Source of the DNA: Deltaproteobacteria bacterium
GTDB lineage: Bacteria > Myxococcota > Myxococcia > SLRQ01
Assembly (NCBI GenBank): GCA_007130885.1
Contig: SLRQ01000100.1
Location: 1-50,369, forward strand
Direction of reading: 5' to 3'
Length of the DNA stretch: 50,369 nucleotides
In this document: in pieces, positions 9,742-18,248 of the stretch
Layout of the letters: each line of letters begins with the position of its first letter
Position numbering within the stretch: the stretch's first letter is position 1
Notes under the pieces: generated by a model
What the model saw: only the letters and a program-made list of their open reading frames with translations
What the model was told of the DNA's origin: nothing
Databases searched by the model: none
Position numbers and translations under genes: made by a program

Positions 9742-10159
9742 ATTATTATTTTTTCCTCTGGGCCGCGGTTTTCGTCCCATTATCAGGTTGTCTTGTCTCC
9801 GCTGGGGACCATGGAATGTAAAGGACACCAGCGAATCGTTCTTTCGATCCAGACAGTCTATCTGCAAGTTGCGATCCAAGAGCATAAACGCGGCAATTGG
9901 AGCCTTTGCGCTGCCCCACAGGCTCACCCCCCTCGCGCATCAAGTCAAAATGAACGGCATTGCCCCCATGTTGATTGGGCGCGTTCCTGCCGGATCGGAC
10001 CTCAAGTGGCCGTCAAGTGGCTGAGTTCACACCATTTCGGAATGTGGCTCGAATCCTGCTTTGGCAGGCTTCGGACCCAATCAACGATGCCATCAAGGAC
10101 AAAATATTGAAAACGACATGGTTTGGGCCACTAACACTTACGAAACTCTGGGAGACGAA

Positions 10160-10672
10160 ATGATTCGAAGACTATTGATGACCCTGGTGATGGCAGTCGC
10201 CCTCTTCTCGACCGCTGGCGAAGCTCATGCCGGATCCTTGATGCGTACGTCGGGCAGCATCGGGATCGGGTTAGGTCAGGGTTACGCAAGTGGCCTTTCA
10301 GGAAAGTACGTCATGGCGGACATGATGGCGGTTCAGGCCACTGTAGGTACCCATGCCTTTGGCCGGCACCACTACTGGCACCACGACCAGCGGCAGGACG
10401 GTATCTCCGTTGGTGCAGACCTCTTGTTCTTGATGCCCATCATTCACTCCGCCGAGCACTTCGCGCTGGGATGGAACCTGGGGTTCGGCCCGGGCGTATC
10501 GCTTTGGAACTCGGGTATAGGTATGGCTGTGGAAGCCGTGGCCGGCCTCGAGATGAACCTCAAGGTCATCCCCCTCGACATCGTGCTCGAGTATCGTCCC
10601 GGCCTTGGCATCCTGCCTGAGATCGGGCTTGGCCTCGGCAACTTCGGGGCCCACATCCGATTCTACTTCTAG
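10160..10672 (+). CDS. small outer-membrane beta-barrel protein (OmpW/OmpA-barrel-like), signal peptide
   Basis: It has a signal peptide (MIRRLLMTLVMAVALFSTAGEAHA), Gly/aromatic-rich alternating strands and a C-terminal aromatic ending ...HIRFYF that matches the OMP beta-signal. Confidence 0.65.
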   Translation: MIRRLLMTLVMAVALFSTAGEAHAGSLMRTSGSIGIGLGQGYASGLSGKYVMADMMAVQATVGTHAFGRHHYWHHDQRQDGISVGADLLFLMPIIHSAEHFALGWNLGFGPGVSLWNSGIGMAVEAVAGLEMNLKVIPLDIVLEYRPGLGILPEIGLGLGNFGAHIRFYF

Positions 10673-10683
10673 CGGGATCGCAA

Positions 10684-11325
10684 TCAAAGTTGAATGCTCA
10701 CCTCGAACTCGCCATAGCGGCTGGTGGCAGTTCCAATCACCGTAACCGTTCCAGGCTTCCTTCTGATTTCTCCATCGGAGCCCGCTACCTCCTCAAGAAC
10801 CCCTTCTATCTGAAGGTCCAGAGTCACTCTTCCATCGAGGTCTCCTTCCATCAAGAAATGCCCTTCCAGAGTGCCATCGAAGGTGCCGTCAGGCATCCCC
10901 TTTAACTTGAGGTCCAGCACCGGCAGGATTCCTTCCTCTTCTTCCGTTTCTTCCGTGAAGTAGACGATGAAGAGATCATCTCCGTCCTCATCCTCCAAGA
11001 CTCCGTCGCTGTACTCATCCAGAGCTACCGTCACGGTTATTACCTTGTTCGCGGACTCGCCGGCATCGACCTTGCCCCCGACGACCATGGTCCCCGACTC
11101 ATCACCCGGCTCGCTCTGGTCGGGTATGTGCGCGCTCGTCGCGGCGTTGTAACCTCTCATCGCGAGCTTCAGCGCTCGATCAACCGCATGATCGAGGCCC
11201 ATATAGGCCTGTCGAGCGGCATGCTCGCTGCTGACCCCGCCTCCGCACGCCGCGGGCATGAGAGTGAGAGTAACGAGACAGAAGAAGAGAAAAGCCCCTC
11301 CCCACCCGATCTTTACATGACTCAT
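10684..11325 (-). CDS. hypothetical acidic lipoprotein
   Basis: It has a lipobox (LTLMPAACGGG) and an RBS (ggaggtaag) before the ATG. It has a highly acidic stretch (EETEEEEG) and no recognisable domain. Confidence 0.65.
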   Translation of the reverse strand: MSHVKIGWGGAFLFFCLVTLTLMPAACGGGVSSEHAARQAYMGLDHAVDRALKLAMRGYNAATSAHIPDQSEPGDESGTMVVGGKVDAGESANKVITVTVALDEYSDGVLEDEDGDDLFIVYFTEETEEEEGILPVLDLKLKGMPDGTFDGTLEGHFLMEGDLDGRVTLDLQIEGVLEEVAGSDGEIRRKPGTVTVIGTATSRYGEFEVSIQL

Positions 11326-11744
11326 CTTACCTCCATGTGGCGAAACCTCGTTCGGTTAAAAGGAAAGCCTAGACAGGGTTACTGAGCACTGGGTCCACTA
11401 ATCCTAACAATAGAGATCCCTCCAGAACCCAAAGCCGTTGGATTTGCAGCGACGGTGCTACGTTCATGCCGCAAAAAAGAAGTTGCTGCCGGGCTATTTC
11501 TATATACTTCTCTCGCCTTGAGCCAGCTTCACAGCTAACTCTCGGTTCTCTCTTATGAATTCTTCCACTTCTTTATCGCTGATACCAAGGTCACGTAACA
11601 CCCCGTTATAAATCTTTTCAAACACCTTCCCTGAAGAGCCCCGAAATTCAAACGACACGTTCAATGCCCTACCGCTCGGGCTCCCAATGACACCGCTTCC
11701 CCGCCACCATACGGTGGCGGGGAACTCCTATGCCTGTATGTCGT

Positions 11745-12947
11745 TTACTGCGCGGGCGCCACGATCGTGCTGGCATCGATATCGACCGCGGTCTGCGACA
11801 GGATTCTCCCGTCCAACGACGCTCCCGTCTCCAGAGTGGCCGAGGTCTGCGTGAGGATGATTCCCTCGAAATGTGCCGTGGTGCCGATCTCCACCTTGCC
11901 GGCAACCTGCCAAAAGACATTCTTGGCCAAGGCGCCTCCGGTCAGGAATATATCCGTCGCACCAGCCATGGTGAGGTCCTGGGCGATCTGGAAGATCCAG
12001 ACGTCGGTGGAGCTTCCGTCCAGCGTCACATCAGTGGGGATCAGCAGACCGGTGCCCCATTGGTAGACGCCGGGCGCGAGGGTCAGGCCACCGATGTCGC
12101 CCGCCCCGAGCTCGGTGATGTCGGGAGCACGACTCGCGGCATCCGTGAAGGCCGTCTCCATATCGCTGACGGCCGTGGTCAGATTGGACGGCGTGGGTAC
12201 CGCGTAATCGGACGCGTAGATGCTTCCGGTCACCTGAGGCGAGGTCGAGAACGTCTCTGTGGAATCGGCGGTCAACGAGAACCCCGTGATGTAGGTGGCA
12301 GAGGCCGGCGAGATGCCGATATCGCCCGTGATGGCGGAAGTGGGCACGGTCGAGATGCCGCTCTTGGCGAGGATGACGTAGTCACCGGCGGTACCTAGAT
12401 TGACGGGCTCGCCCAGCGCGTAGTCGTTACCGGTGGTGAACTCCCAGACGAAGTCGGCCTCGAGCTCGCCGCCGTCGGCGCTCGTGACACCAGTGGTCAC
12501 AGTCACGATATATGTAGTGTCTTCATCCAAGTGCTGGGCCGGCCAGAACACCGCCGTCGAATCCGCGTAGATGTAGCTTCCCTCGACGGCCACCCCTGAA
12601 TTTTCGGAGGTTACCCAGAGGGTGTCGGCCGTGAATGAGCCTGGCGCCATCGACTGGCTGAACGTGACTTGGACGCTTGTGTTGAGGTGCACGTCCAATG
12701 CGCCGTCGAGGGGATGATTCGAGGTGACCTCGGGTGGCACGCCGTCGGTGCCGTTTCCGTTGTCGGTGCCGTTTCCGTTGTCGGTGCCGTTTCCGTTGTC
12801 GGTGTCATTTCCGTTGTCGGTGTCATTTCCGTTGTCGGTGCCGTTTCCGTCATCAAGGCCGTTTCCGTCATCGGGGCCGCATGCAATGGAAGAGGTGAGT
12901 AGAAGAAGCGCGACAGTCGTCGCGAGTATGCTGAATGTCCTTTTCAT
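11745..12947 (-). CDS. lipoprotein with a Big_5 (SbsA-Ig-like) domain and a DUF3494 ice-binding-protein-like beta-helix domain
   Basis: It has a lipobox (LLTSSIACGP). It has a DNGNGT hexapeptide tandem repeat. A Big_5-like segment follows (PPEVTSNHPLDGALDVHLNTSVQVTFSQSM...WEFTTG). The C-terminal domain closely matches the IBP/DUF3494 family (AGDYVILAKSGISTVPTSAITGDIGISPA...IFWQVAGKVEIGTTAHFEGIIL). Confidence 0.75.
   Translation of the reverse strand: MKRTFSILATTVALLLLTSSIACGPDDGNGLDDGNGTDNGNDTDNGNDTDNGNGTDNGNGTDNGNGTDGVPPEVTSNHPLDGALDVHLNTSVQVTFSQSMAPGSFTADTLWVTSENSGVAVEGSYIYADSTAVFWPAQHLDEDTTYIVTVTTGVTSADGGELEADFVWEFTTGNDYALGEPVNLGTAGDYVILAKSGISTVPTSAITGDIGISPASATYITGFSLTADSTETFSTSPQVTGSIYASDYAVPTPSNLTTAVSDMETAFTDAASRAPDITELGAGDIGGLTLAPGVYQWGTGLLIPTDVTLDGSSTDVWIFQIAQDLTMAGATDIFLTGGALAKNVFWQVAGKVEIGTTAHFEGIILTQTSATLETGASLDGRILSQTAVDIDASTIVAPAQ
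12745..12885. repeat. 18-bp coding tandem repeat (about 8 units) encoding (D-N-G-N-[G/D]-T)n
   Basis: The unit ggtgccgtttccgttgtc is iterated with minor variants (gtgtcattt...). It lies inside the IBP-like lipoprotein gene and is in frame. Confidence 0.85.
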
Positions 12948-13110
12948 AATTCTGTCCTTGATGAGGGTATCGGTGATTAGATCTGAAGCATGCTAAGGCA
13001 GGATTCGAGCCACATTTTGAAATGGTATGAATTCAGGCGCTTGGCGCCCGACTCGGAGGGAACGCGCAGGAAACTGCATGACAACGACCTGGCTAAGCCA
13101 TCATTTTGGT

Positions 13111-13446
13111 CGCGTACCGACCATGTAAAACACCTCTCCGTAGCCATGCGTAAAACCTCTTTCGAATCGTTGCTGTACTCCTACGCTGTGTCGAAGACGG
13201 CCGCGACCAACTCCTCCACCGAAACGACCCTGAGCGTGTCTGCGCGCATTTCATCCTGCTTTAGGACGCCGTAGCCAGAGCTGCGCCAAAGCTTTAAGGT
13301 AGCTGACTCAACTCAACGCCTTTGAAGCTAGTTCGTCAGTTCATCTATTTGGCGCCTCGCTGAATCCAAAGCCTTGACGGTTTGATCGGCTTCCATCATG
13401 GCGTTGCGCATTTGCTCGGTGAGTGTGGTGAGATTGCCCGGCGAAT
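13111..13446. repeat. copy 2 of the duplicated segment, including a truncated SPFH 3' remnant (coding-homologous part ~13357-13446, minus strand)
   Basis: It aligns with 8447-8900 with an internal ~125-bp deletion. The SPFH-homologous part encodes only ~30 C-terminal codons (..LTEQMRNAMMEADQTVKA..) with no start codon, so it is a gene remnant. Confidence 0.8.
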
Positions 13447-13465
13447 AATGTCTTCAGTAATACGG

Positions 13466-13660
13466 TCAGCTTGCTGCTTTGCTTTTCTCAACGACTCGGC
13501 GCTCCGTGGAAGGAGTCGCGCATCTCGCTTTTATGAACTGAGTGGCAATCAAAGCTATAGCTACCCCTAGTGCCACATGAATGAATCCCCCCAACGTGAC
13601 CGAAGTAGCCAAGCCGAGCGCCCATAGGAGAAGAAAGATTATTGCTATGGTCCATTGCAT
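13466..13660 (-). CDS. small two-helix membrane protein (lmo0937-like family)
   Basis: Its 64-aa sequence MQWTIAIIFLLLWALGLATSVTLGGFIHVALGVAIALIATQFIK fits the small 'MxWTIxxILxxLWxLG' membrane-protein family. An RBS (aaaggagaa) precedes the ATG. Confidence 0.6.
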   Translation of the reverse strand: MQWTIAIIFLLLWALGLATSVTLGGFIHVALGVAIALIATQFIKARCATPSTERRVVEKSKAAS

Positions 13661-13700
13661 GGTGGTTCTCCTTTTGCCCTCGTGACCAGGAAACTAGGCG

Positions 13701-14069
13701 TTATCTATTCAGCTTTATGACGACTTCCTCGACATCTCCCCAGGCCTTCTTGAAGCTATCGCCCAACATGGTCTTCTTCTGGCCGGAAGCAGTCTTGAGT
13801 TCGTCGAATTGGGACTGAGCGGCATCAAACTTCGCCTTAAACTCGTCCAGTAATTTACGATAGTCGTCCTTCGCGGCGGCACCCGCATTTTTAGCCTTTT
13901 CTGCTAGGTCATCGATCTGTGCAGCCCACCGCTCGAGTTGCGATTCCATCTTCCCGACATTTGTTTCGTTCGTATCCACGACATCCTCCTCTTTCCAAGG
14001 TGCGGTTGAGGCACTGCAAACCATGGGCCAAAACAGGAGAGTGAGGGCGAACAGGCTTTCTACTCGCAT
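13701..14069 (-). CDS. secreted coiled-coil protein, hypothetical
   Basis: It has a signal peptide (LFALTLLFWPMVCSAS), then a Lys/Glu/Ala-rich helical region (LAEKAKNAGAAAKDDYRKLLDEFKAKFDAAQSQFDELK). Confidence 0.65.
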   Translation of the reverse strand: MRVESLFALTLLFWPMVCSASTAPWKEEDVVDTNETNVGKMESQLERWAAQIDDLAEKAKNAGAAAKDDYRKLLDEFKAKFDAAQSQFDELKTASGQKKTMLGDSFKKAWGDVEEVVIKLNR

Positions 14070-14263
14070 TCCGGGTTAGCTCTTTGGTGGACCAACATTT
14101 CCGGTGGCTCTCTCATCCACTGTCTTTTCTCTCCTTCGTAGCCCACTGAATGAGCGGAGTTCTTGTTGGACGGCATCTGCTCTGACCACATCGAGTCGGC
14201 CGTTAGGGGTTGTCCATTCCATCGAAATGACGCAGGCTGCATTCAAATCGAAGGGGAACAGTT

Positions 14264-15928
14264 ATGCGCGTCGAAGATCTGCACCACAAGGAGTTGCTGG
14301 AATTGGACCCGGAAGGGGGCGTGATCCGATTCGCGGGGCAACGCGCCCTTCTTATTGACGCCGTGGCTATGGGGCTTCTTAGGCAGTACCTAGTTGACAA
14401 CTTTGGCCTGACCGCGGCTCGCGCGGTGCTGACCCAGTTCGGGTTCGCCCATGGATGGCGGATGGCGACGGCCATGAGAGATGAGTTCAAGTGGTCCCAA
14501 AAGGGAGATTGGCTACGTGCGGGCTCTCATATCTCCACCCTTGGAGGCCTCTTTCTCGTCCAGCCCGGCAGTGAGAACATCCTCACGAATAAGGGGGCTA
14601 TGCTGCTCGCATCCTACGAGGCGGAGCAGCATCTACTGCACTTCGGGCGCTCAGATTCGCCCGTGTGCTGGACGATTTGCGGGCTGATGAGCGGTTACGT
14701 CAGTCAAACCGCCGGTAAGGAGATATTTGTCCTCGAAGATCGCTGCCTGGGACAGGGTCACGCGGCGTGCCACATCCTGGGGCGCACGCGCCAGAAATGG
14801 GGTGAAGAACGGGCCGAGGATCTGAGCTTCTTCGAGCAGGGGCGCCTCAAGGAGTGCCTCGATGTCTCCCTCGCTCGGGTCATGGACACCTTGAAGGCGG
14901 CGGAGGTCAAGCTCCAGGGACAACGTCGGGCACTCGTACGTGCAGTTCGTGACGTGGAGGATCCACTGGGACTCGTTGCCAAAAGCCCGAAGATGAGGGG
15001 CATTGTGGATCTGGCGCAGCGCGTGGCCAAGGTCGATGCCTCGGTACTCATTACCGGCGAAAGCGGAGTGGGAAAAGAGCGAATCGCGCGACTGGTTCAC
15101 GACGAGTCGACCCGTGCCGCCGGTTCGTTCGTCGCCGTCAACTGCGGCGCCATCAGCGAGACGCTGTTCGAAAGTGAGCTCTTCGGGCACGCACGTGGTG
15201 CATTCACTGGTGCGGAGTCGGACCGTCCCGGACTCTTCGAGGCGGCCAACCATGGAACCCTGCTTCTGGACGAGATTGGAGAGGTCTCTCCAGGCATGCA
15301 GGTCAAGCTCCTGCGCGTGCTTCAAGAGCGAGAGATTCGGCGAGTCGGGGAGAACAAGAGCCGACCGGTGAATATACGGGTTCTCGCCGCCACCAACCGT
15401 AACCTGGCCCACGGGGTCGCCGAAGGCACCTTTCGGCAAGATCTCTATTACCGCATCAAGGTCGTAGAGCTATTCGTTCCCCCACTTCGCGATCGCAGGG
15501 AGGATATCTTGCCTCTTGCCCGGCTGATGCTTGCAGACGCCGCGCTTCGGATGGATCGCAAGATATCGGGTCTTACCCCGAGCGCCGCCGATCAGCTCCT
15601 GCGTTACGATTGGCCCGGTAACGTACGAGAGTTGGAGAACACCATGGAGCGCGCCGTCGCGCTCGCTAGAGGAAGTCGCGTGGATCTCGAGGATCTGCCC
15701 GATGAGGTTCGGCAAGCGTTTCAAAAACCCGTAGTTCGTGATGGCACCGTACAACCGCTTGACGAGATTGAAAAAGACTACATCCTTGCGGTGCTGGAAA
15801 TGAACGATGGGAACCAGACGCGCACAGCCCGACAGCTCGGAATAGGCTCGGCCACTCTTTACCGAAAACTCAAGAAGTTTGGCTTCACCGGACGTGCCCG
15901 GATTGCCGGAGCGGACCGCGCACGATGA
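14264..15928 (+). CDS. sigma-54-dependent transcriptional activator (enhancer-binding protein) with an N-terminal XylR-N/V4R-type sensor domain
   Basis: It has an AAA+ sigma-54 interaction domain: Walker A GESGVGKE, the GAFTGA motif, Walker B LLLDEIGE, and the R-finger region RQDLYYRI. It has a C-terminal Fis-type HTH ([18 protein letters not shown]). The N-terminal region resembles DmpR/XylR-family sensor domains. Confidence 0.9.
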   Translation: MRVEDLHHKELLELDPEGGVIRFAGQRALLIDAVAMGLLRQYLVDNFGLTAARAVLTQFGFAHGWRMATAMRDEFKWSQKGDWLRAGSHISTLGGLFLVQPGSENILTNKGAMLLASYEAEQHLLHFGRSDSPVCWTICGLMSGYVSQTAGKEIFVLEDRCLGQGHAACHILGRTRQKWGEERAEDLSFFEQGRLKECLDVSLARVMDTLKAAEVKLQGQRRALVRAVRDVEDPLGLVAKSPKMRGIVDLAQRVAKVDASVLITGESGVGKERIARLVHDESTRAAGSFVAVNCGAISETLFESELFGHARGAFTGAESDRPGLFEAANHGTLLLDEIGEVSPGMQVKLLRVLQEREIRRVGENKSRPVNIRVLAATNRNLAHGVAEGTFRQDLYYRIKVVELFVPPLRDRREDILPLARLMLADAALRMDRKISGLTPSAADQLLRYDWPGNVRELENTMERAVALARGSRVDLEDLPDEVRQAFQKPVVRDGTVQPLDEIEKDYILAVLEMNDGNQTRTARQLGIGSATLYRKLKKFGFTGRARIAGADRAR

Positions 15929-16236
15929 ATTCGGAGGAATGAGGCCGGCCGAAACCCCTTCTCGACTTCCGATCCGCGGCACATCCGCTTGTACGTCTTG
16001 CGACCCAGCGGAGGATTCGACCCGAGGCACCGAGCAGCGCATGCTAACGGCACGCCTTCGCCAACCGCGAATCTGACAGCATCTCCGGCACCAGATCGGC
16101 GGCCACCTCCACTGCCTCGCTCCGCCTGCCGGGAATAGCTCACGTTGAAAGCTTGGAAGAACATTTTGATTGCACGTCCAAGTGACCGAACCGTTCCCCA
16201 ATGCGTAACGCTCTGTATTTGCGCCACAATCTTGTC

Positions 16237-16252
16237 TGGCACGCAATCTGCT
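16237..16252 (+). promoter_or_regulatory. candidate sigma-54 (-24/-12) promoter
   Basis: The sequence TGGCACgcaatcTGCt has the exact GG-N10-GC spacing and a perfect -24 element, matching the TGGCAC-N5-TTGCA consensus. It is 300 bp downstream of the EBP gene and ~140 bp upstream of the small-ORF/pirin/SAS-2 cluster. Confidence 0.6.
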
Positions 16253-16390
16253 TTCAGTTTGATGGCTAGCGTTGAGGCTCAAGCTCGCGCTTGCCTGGTT
16301 ACCGACGCCCAATTTCCGTTGCCAAGGGCGGTGGGCACACTCAGCCAGACAAAACGCCGTTACTTCGTAGGGATTATTGGAGGATGAGAC

Positions 16391-16615
16391 ATGAAGCAGG
16401 TCGAAAAGGCAGGAGGCTGTCCCTTCCAATGCAAGCTCCGCGATATCATCGACATCTTCGGGCTCCAGGGCCTTCATGTCGACCCATCCAAACCCGTCGA
16501 TCCAATCACAATCGCAAGCATCGAAGGCACGTGTCGATTTATTGTGTCGTCTGCTTCCGCGTTTCGTCGAACGGCTACTCGTAGACGCCCCGGACTTGCG
16601 AGAAATACGAGCTGA
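16391..16615 (+). CDS. hypothetical small protein (74 aa)
   Basis: It has a strong RBS (ggagga, 6 nt before the ATG). Its stop overlaps the pirin start region. It has no known motif and could be a leader or coupled ORF. Confidence 0.35.
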   Translation: MKQVEKAGGCPFQCKLRDIIDIFGLQGLHVDPSKPVDPITIASIEGTCRFIVSSASAFRRTATRRRPGLARNTS

Positions 16616-17355
16616 TGATCAAGCTTCTTCGCAATAGCCAGCGCCTCCATGTGAAACAAGGCCGGCAAGACATCTGGAGCTCCTGCATCGATGCCTTCGG
16701 TTTCCTGGTCGCCTTCGATGAGTTGCGTCTTCCGAAAGGTGACAGCACCGAGCCCCATTGCGACGACGAAACGGAGTTGGTCACGTACGTCTACAAAGGA
16801 GCTCTCTCGCAGGAGGACACCACGGGGAAATCGGGTGTGGTTCACGCTGGCGAGTTCCAGTGCATGTCCACAGGCGCCCGCATCCGGCATATAGAAACGA
16901 GTGTGTCGCGATCCGACTGGGTGCATTTCTTTCGGATTTCCCTGCGGCCCTCGCAGTTGGGACTCGCACCTGGTCACGAGCAAGCGCACTTCACGGCTGG
17001 ACAGCGCCGCAACGTGTTGTGCGTCGTTGCATCACCTGATGGCCGAAAGGAGTCCCTGCGAATCCAACAAAACGCACTCATCTATTCGTCCATTCTCGAT
17101 CCCGGACACCACTTCGTCCACGAACTCGAACCAAAACGAAGCGCCTGGCTACATATGATCTACGGCGAGGCAACACTGAATGACATCGTCCTCACAACGG
17201 GCGACGGGGTCGGGGTTTCGAGCGAACGCTCGCTCTCACTCACGGTCCACGAGACAACCGAAATCCTCTTGGTCGACCTCGGACCGTTGAAGTCGTGCCC
17301 TTGCGAAAGGGTTTCTTGCCCGGAAGATGCACGTCTACAACAGGGAGAGCACTGA
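16615..17355 (+). CDS. pirin-family bicupin protein
   Basis: It has the pirin N-terminal cupin motif pattern (EPHCDDETELVTYVYKGALSQEDTTGKSGVVHAGEFQCMSTGARIRHIE, compare pirin HPHRGFETVTYVLEG...G.V.W.TAG.G..H.E). A second cupin-like half follows. Its stop TGA overlaps the SAS-2 ATG (TGATG). Confidence 0.75.
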   Translation: MIKLLRNSQRLHVKQGRQDIWSSCIDAFGFLVAFDELRLPKGDSTEPHCDDETELVTYVYKGALSQEDTTGKSGVVHAGEFQCMSTGARIRHIETSVSRSDWVHFFRISLRPSQLGLAPGHEQAHFTAGQRRNVLCVVASPDGRKESLRIQQNALIYSSILDPGHHFVHELEPKRSAWLHMIYGEATLNDIVLTTGDGVGVSSERSLSLTVHETTEILLVDLGPLKSCPCERVSCPEDARLQQGEH

Positions 17356-17963
17356 TGCAGACTCAGAAGACTAACAAGGCGCGAAATGGCTCGAACTCAA
17401 GTATTTCAATGCCGGCAGAGCTGGAAACCATTCCCGCCATTGGCCATCTTCAACGAGCCACGGTCTATCTCGAACGCGGAGATGTCGGCCAAGAGCACGC
17501 ACTTCTTCACATGATGGAAGAAATCCAGGCTCTTGCGTGCCCCTTGAACCCCGATATCCAGGTGTATGGCCGCATCAAGAGTACTGTATCGACTTCGCAA
17601 AAGATGCTGGATAAGTTCCTCGACGCCCATGAAATACTCGACGTCATTGGCATCCGCGCGATCACCCGACATACGCGCGACTGCTATCGACTGATTCGCG
17701 GCATTCATTCCGCGTTCCCAGTCTTGCCACGCGAATACGACGACTACATCGCAACGCCCAAGCGCAACGGATACCGCTCAATACACACAACCGTGGTCAG
17801 CCCCAGTGGTCTTCCCGTCGAGATCCAGGTTCGAACCCAAACAATGCACGAAACCTGTGAACGAGGTTCCGCGGCGCACTCCGTGTACAAAAGAAATCGG
17901 GTTGCTTGGTTTCCACTATTTCCGAGCCCACCTCATCGCCTACGCAGTGCCTTAGCCTTCTGA
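17355..17963 (+). CDS. small alarmone synthetase SAS-2 (RelA/SpoT synthetase-domain-only protein)
   Basis: It has the motifs RIKSTVSTSQKM, DVIGIRAI, DCY, YIATPKRNGYRSIHTTV and PVEIQVRT. It is ~60-70% identical to SAS-1 across the catalytic core. It is translationally coupled to the pirin gene. Confidence 0.85.
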   Translation: MQTQKTNKARNGSNSSISMPAELETIPAIGHLQRATVYLERGDVGQEHALLHMMEEIQALACPLNPDIQVYGRIKSTVSTSQKMLDKFLDAHEILDVIGIRAITRHTRDCYRLIRGIHSAFPVLPREYDDYIATPKRNGYRSIHTTVVSPSGLPVEIQVRTQTMHETCERGSAAHSVYKRNRVAWFPLFPSPPHRLRSALAF

Positions 17964-17972
17964 TAGAGGTAG

Positions 17973-18140
17973 AGCCCCGTGCATCTGGCTTTCGGCTTCC
18001 CACAGGTCTTCGAGGGAGCGCTGGCGCACGAGCGGATCGTAACGGGCAGGCTCAATGATCTCGTCGATCTGGCCCTGGAGGAGCGAGACCACGCCAGCCA
18101 GAGCTTCCTTCGGTGGTTCGTGGACGAGCAGGTCGAGGAA
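17973..18140 (+). pseudogene. internal fragment of a ferritin-family gene (about 55 codons)
   Basis: The frame that begins right after the SAS-2 stop reads ...ALAHERIVTGRLNDLVDLALEERDHASQSFLRWFVDEQVEE. This closely parallels the ferritin helix C-D region ([39 protein letters not shown]). There is no N-terminal half and no C-terminal continuation. Confidence 0.5.
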
Positions 18141-18187
18141 AATGCCACCGCGACCCAGACCGAGAGATACTTTTCGAATAACCCCAT
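18140..18187 (-). pseudogene. acr3: N-terminal remnant of an ACR3-family arsenite efflux gene (about 16 codons)
   Basis: The minus-strand ORF begins MGLFEKYLSVWVAVAF. This fits the conserved ACR3 N-terminus ([SL]F[LE]xRYL[TS][LV]W[IV]...A). It lies 60 nt after arsC in the canonical arsR-arsC-acr3 order. The frame then degenerates into antisense of the ferritin fragment. Confidence 0.45.
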
Positions 18188-18248
18188 TCCTTACCGGGCT
18201 GGGTATCCTGTCCTTTTGATTGCTGCTCGACGGCTTGTTCCTGTTCGG

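Noticed and set aside
15470-16477. 335-aa minus-strand ORF across the EBP 3' end and the following intergenic region
   Set aside because: It overlaps the C-terminal HTH region of the sigma-54 activator on the opposite strand and otherwise covers moderate-GC noncoding DNA containing the sigma-54 promoter. It has no start context and no motifs.
16474-16989. 171-aa minus-strand ORF
   Set aside because: It is entirely antisense to the pirin gene, whose cupin motifs are clear.
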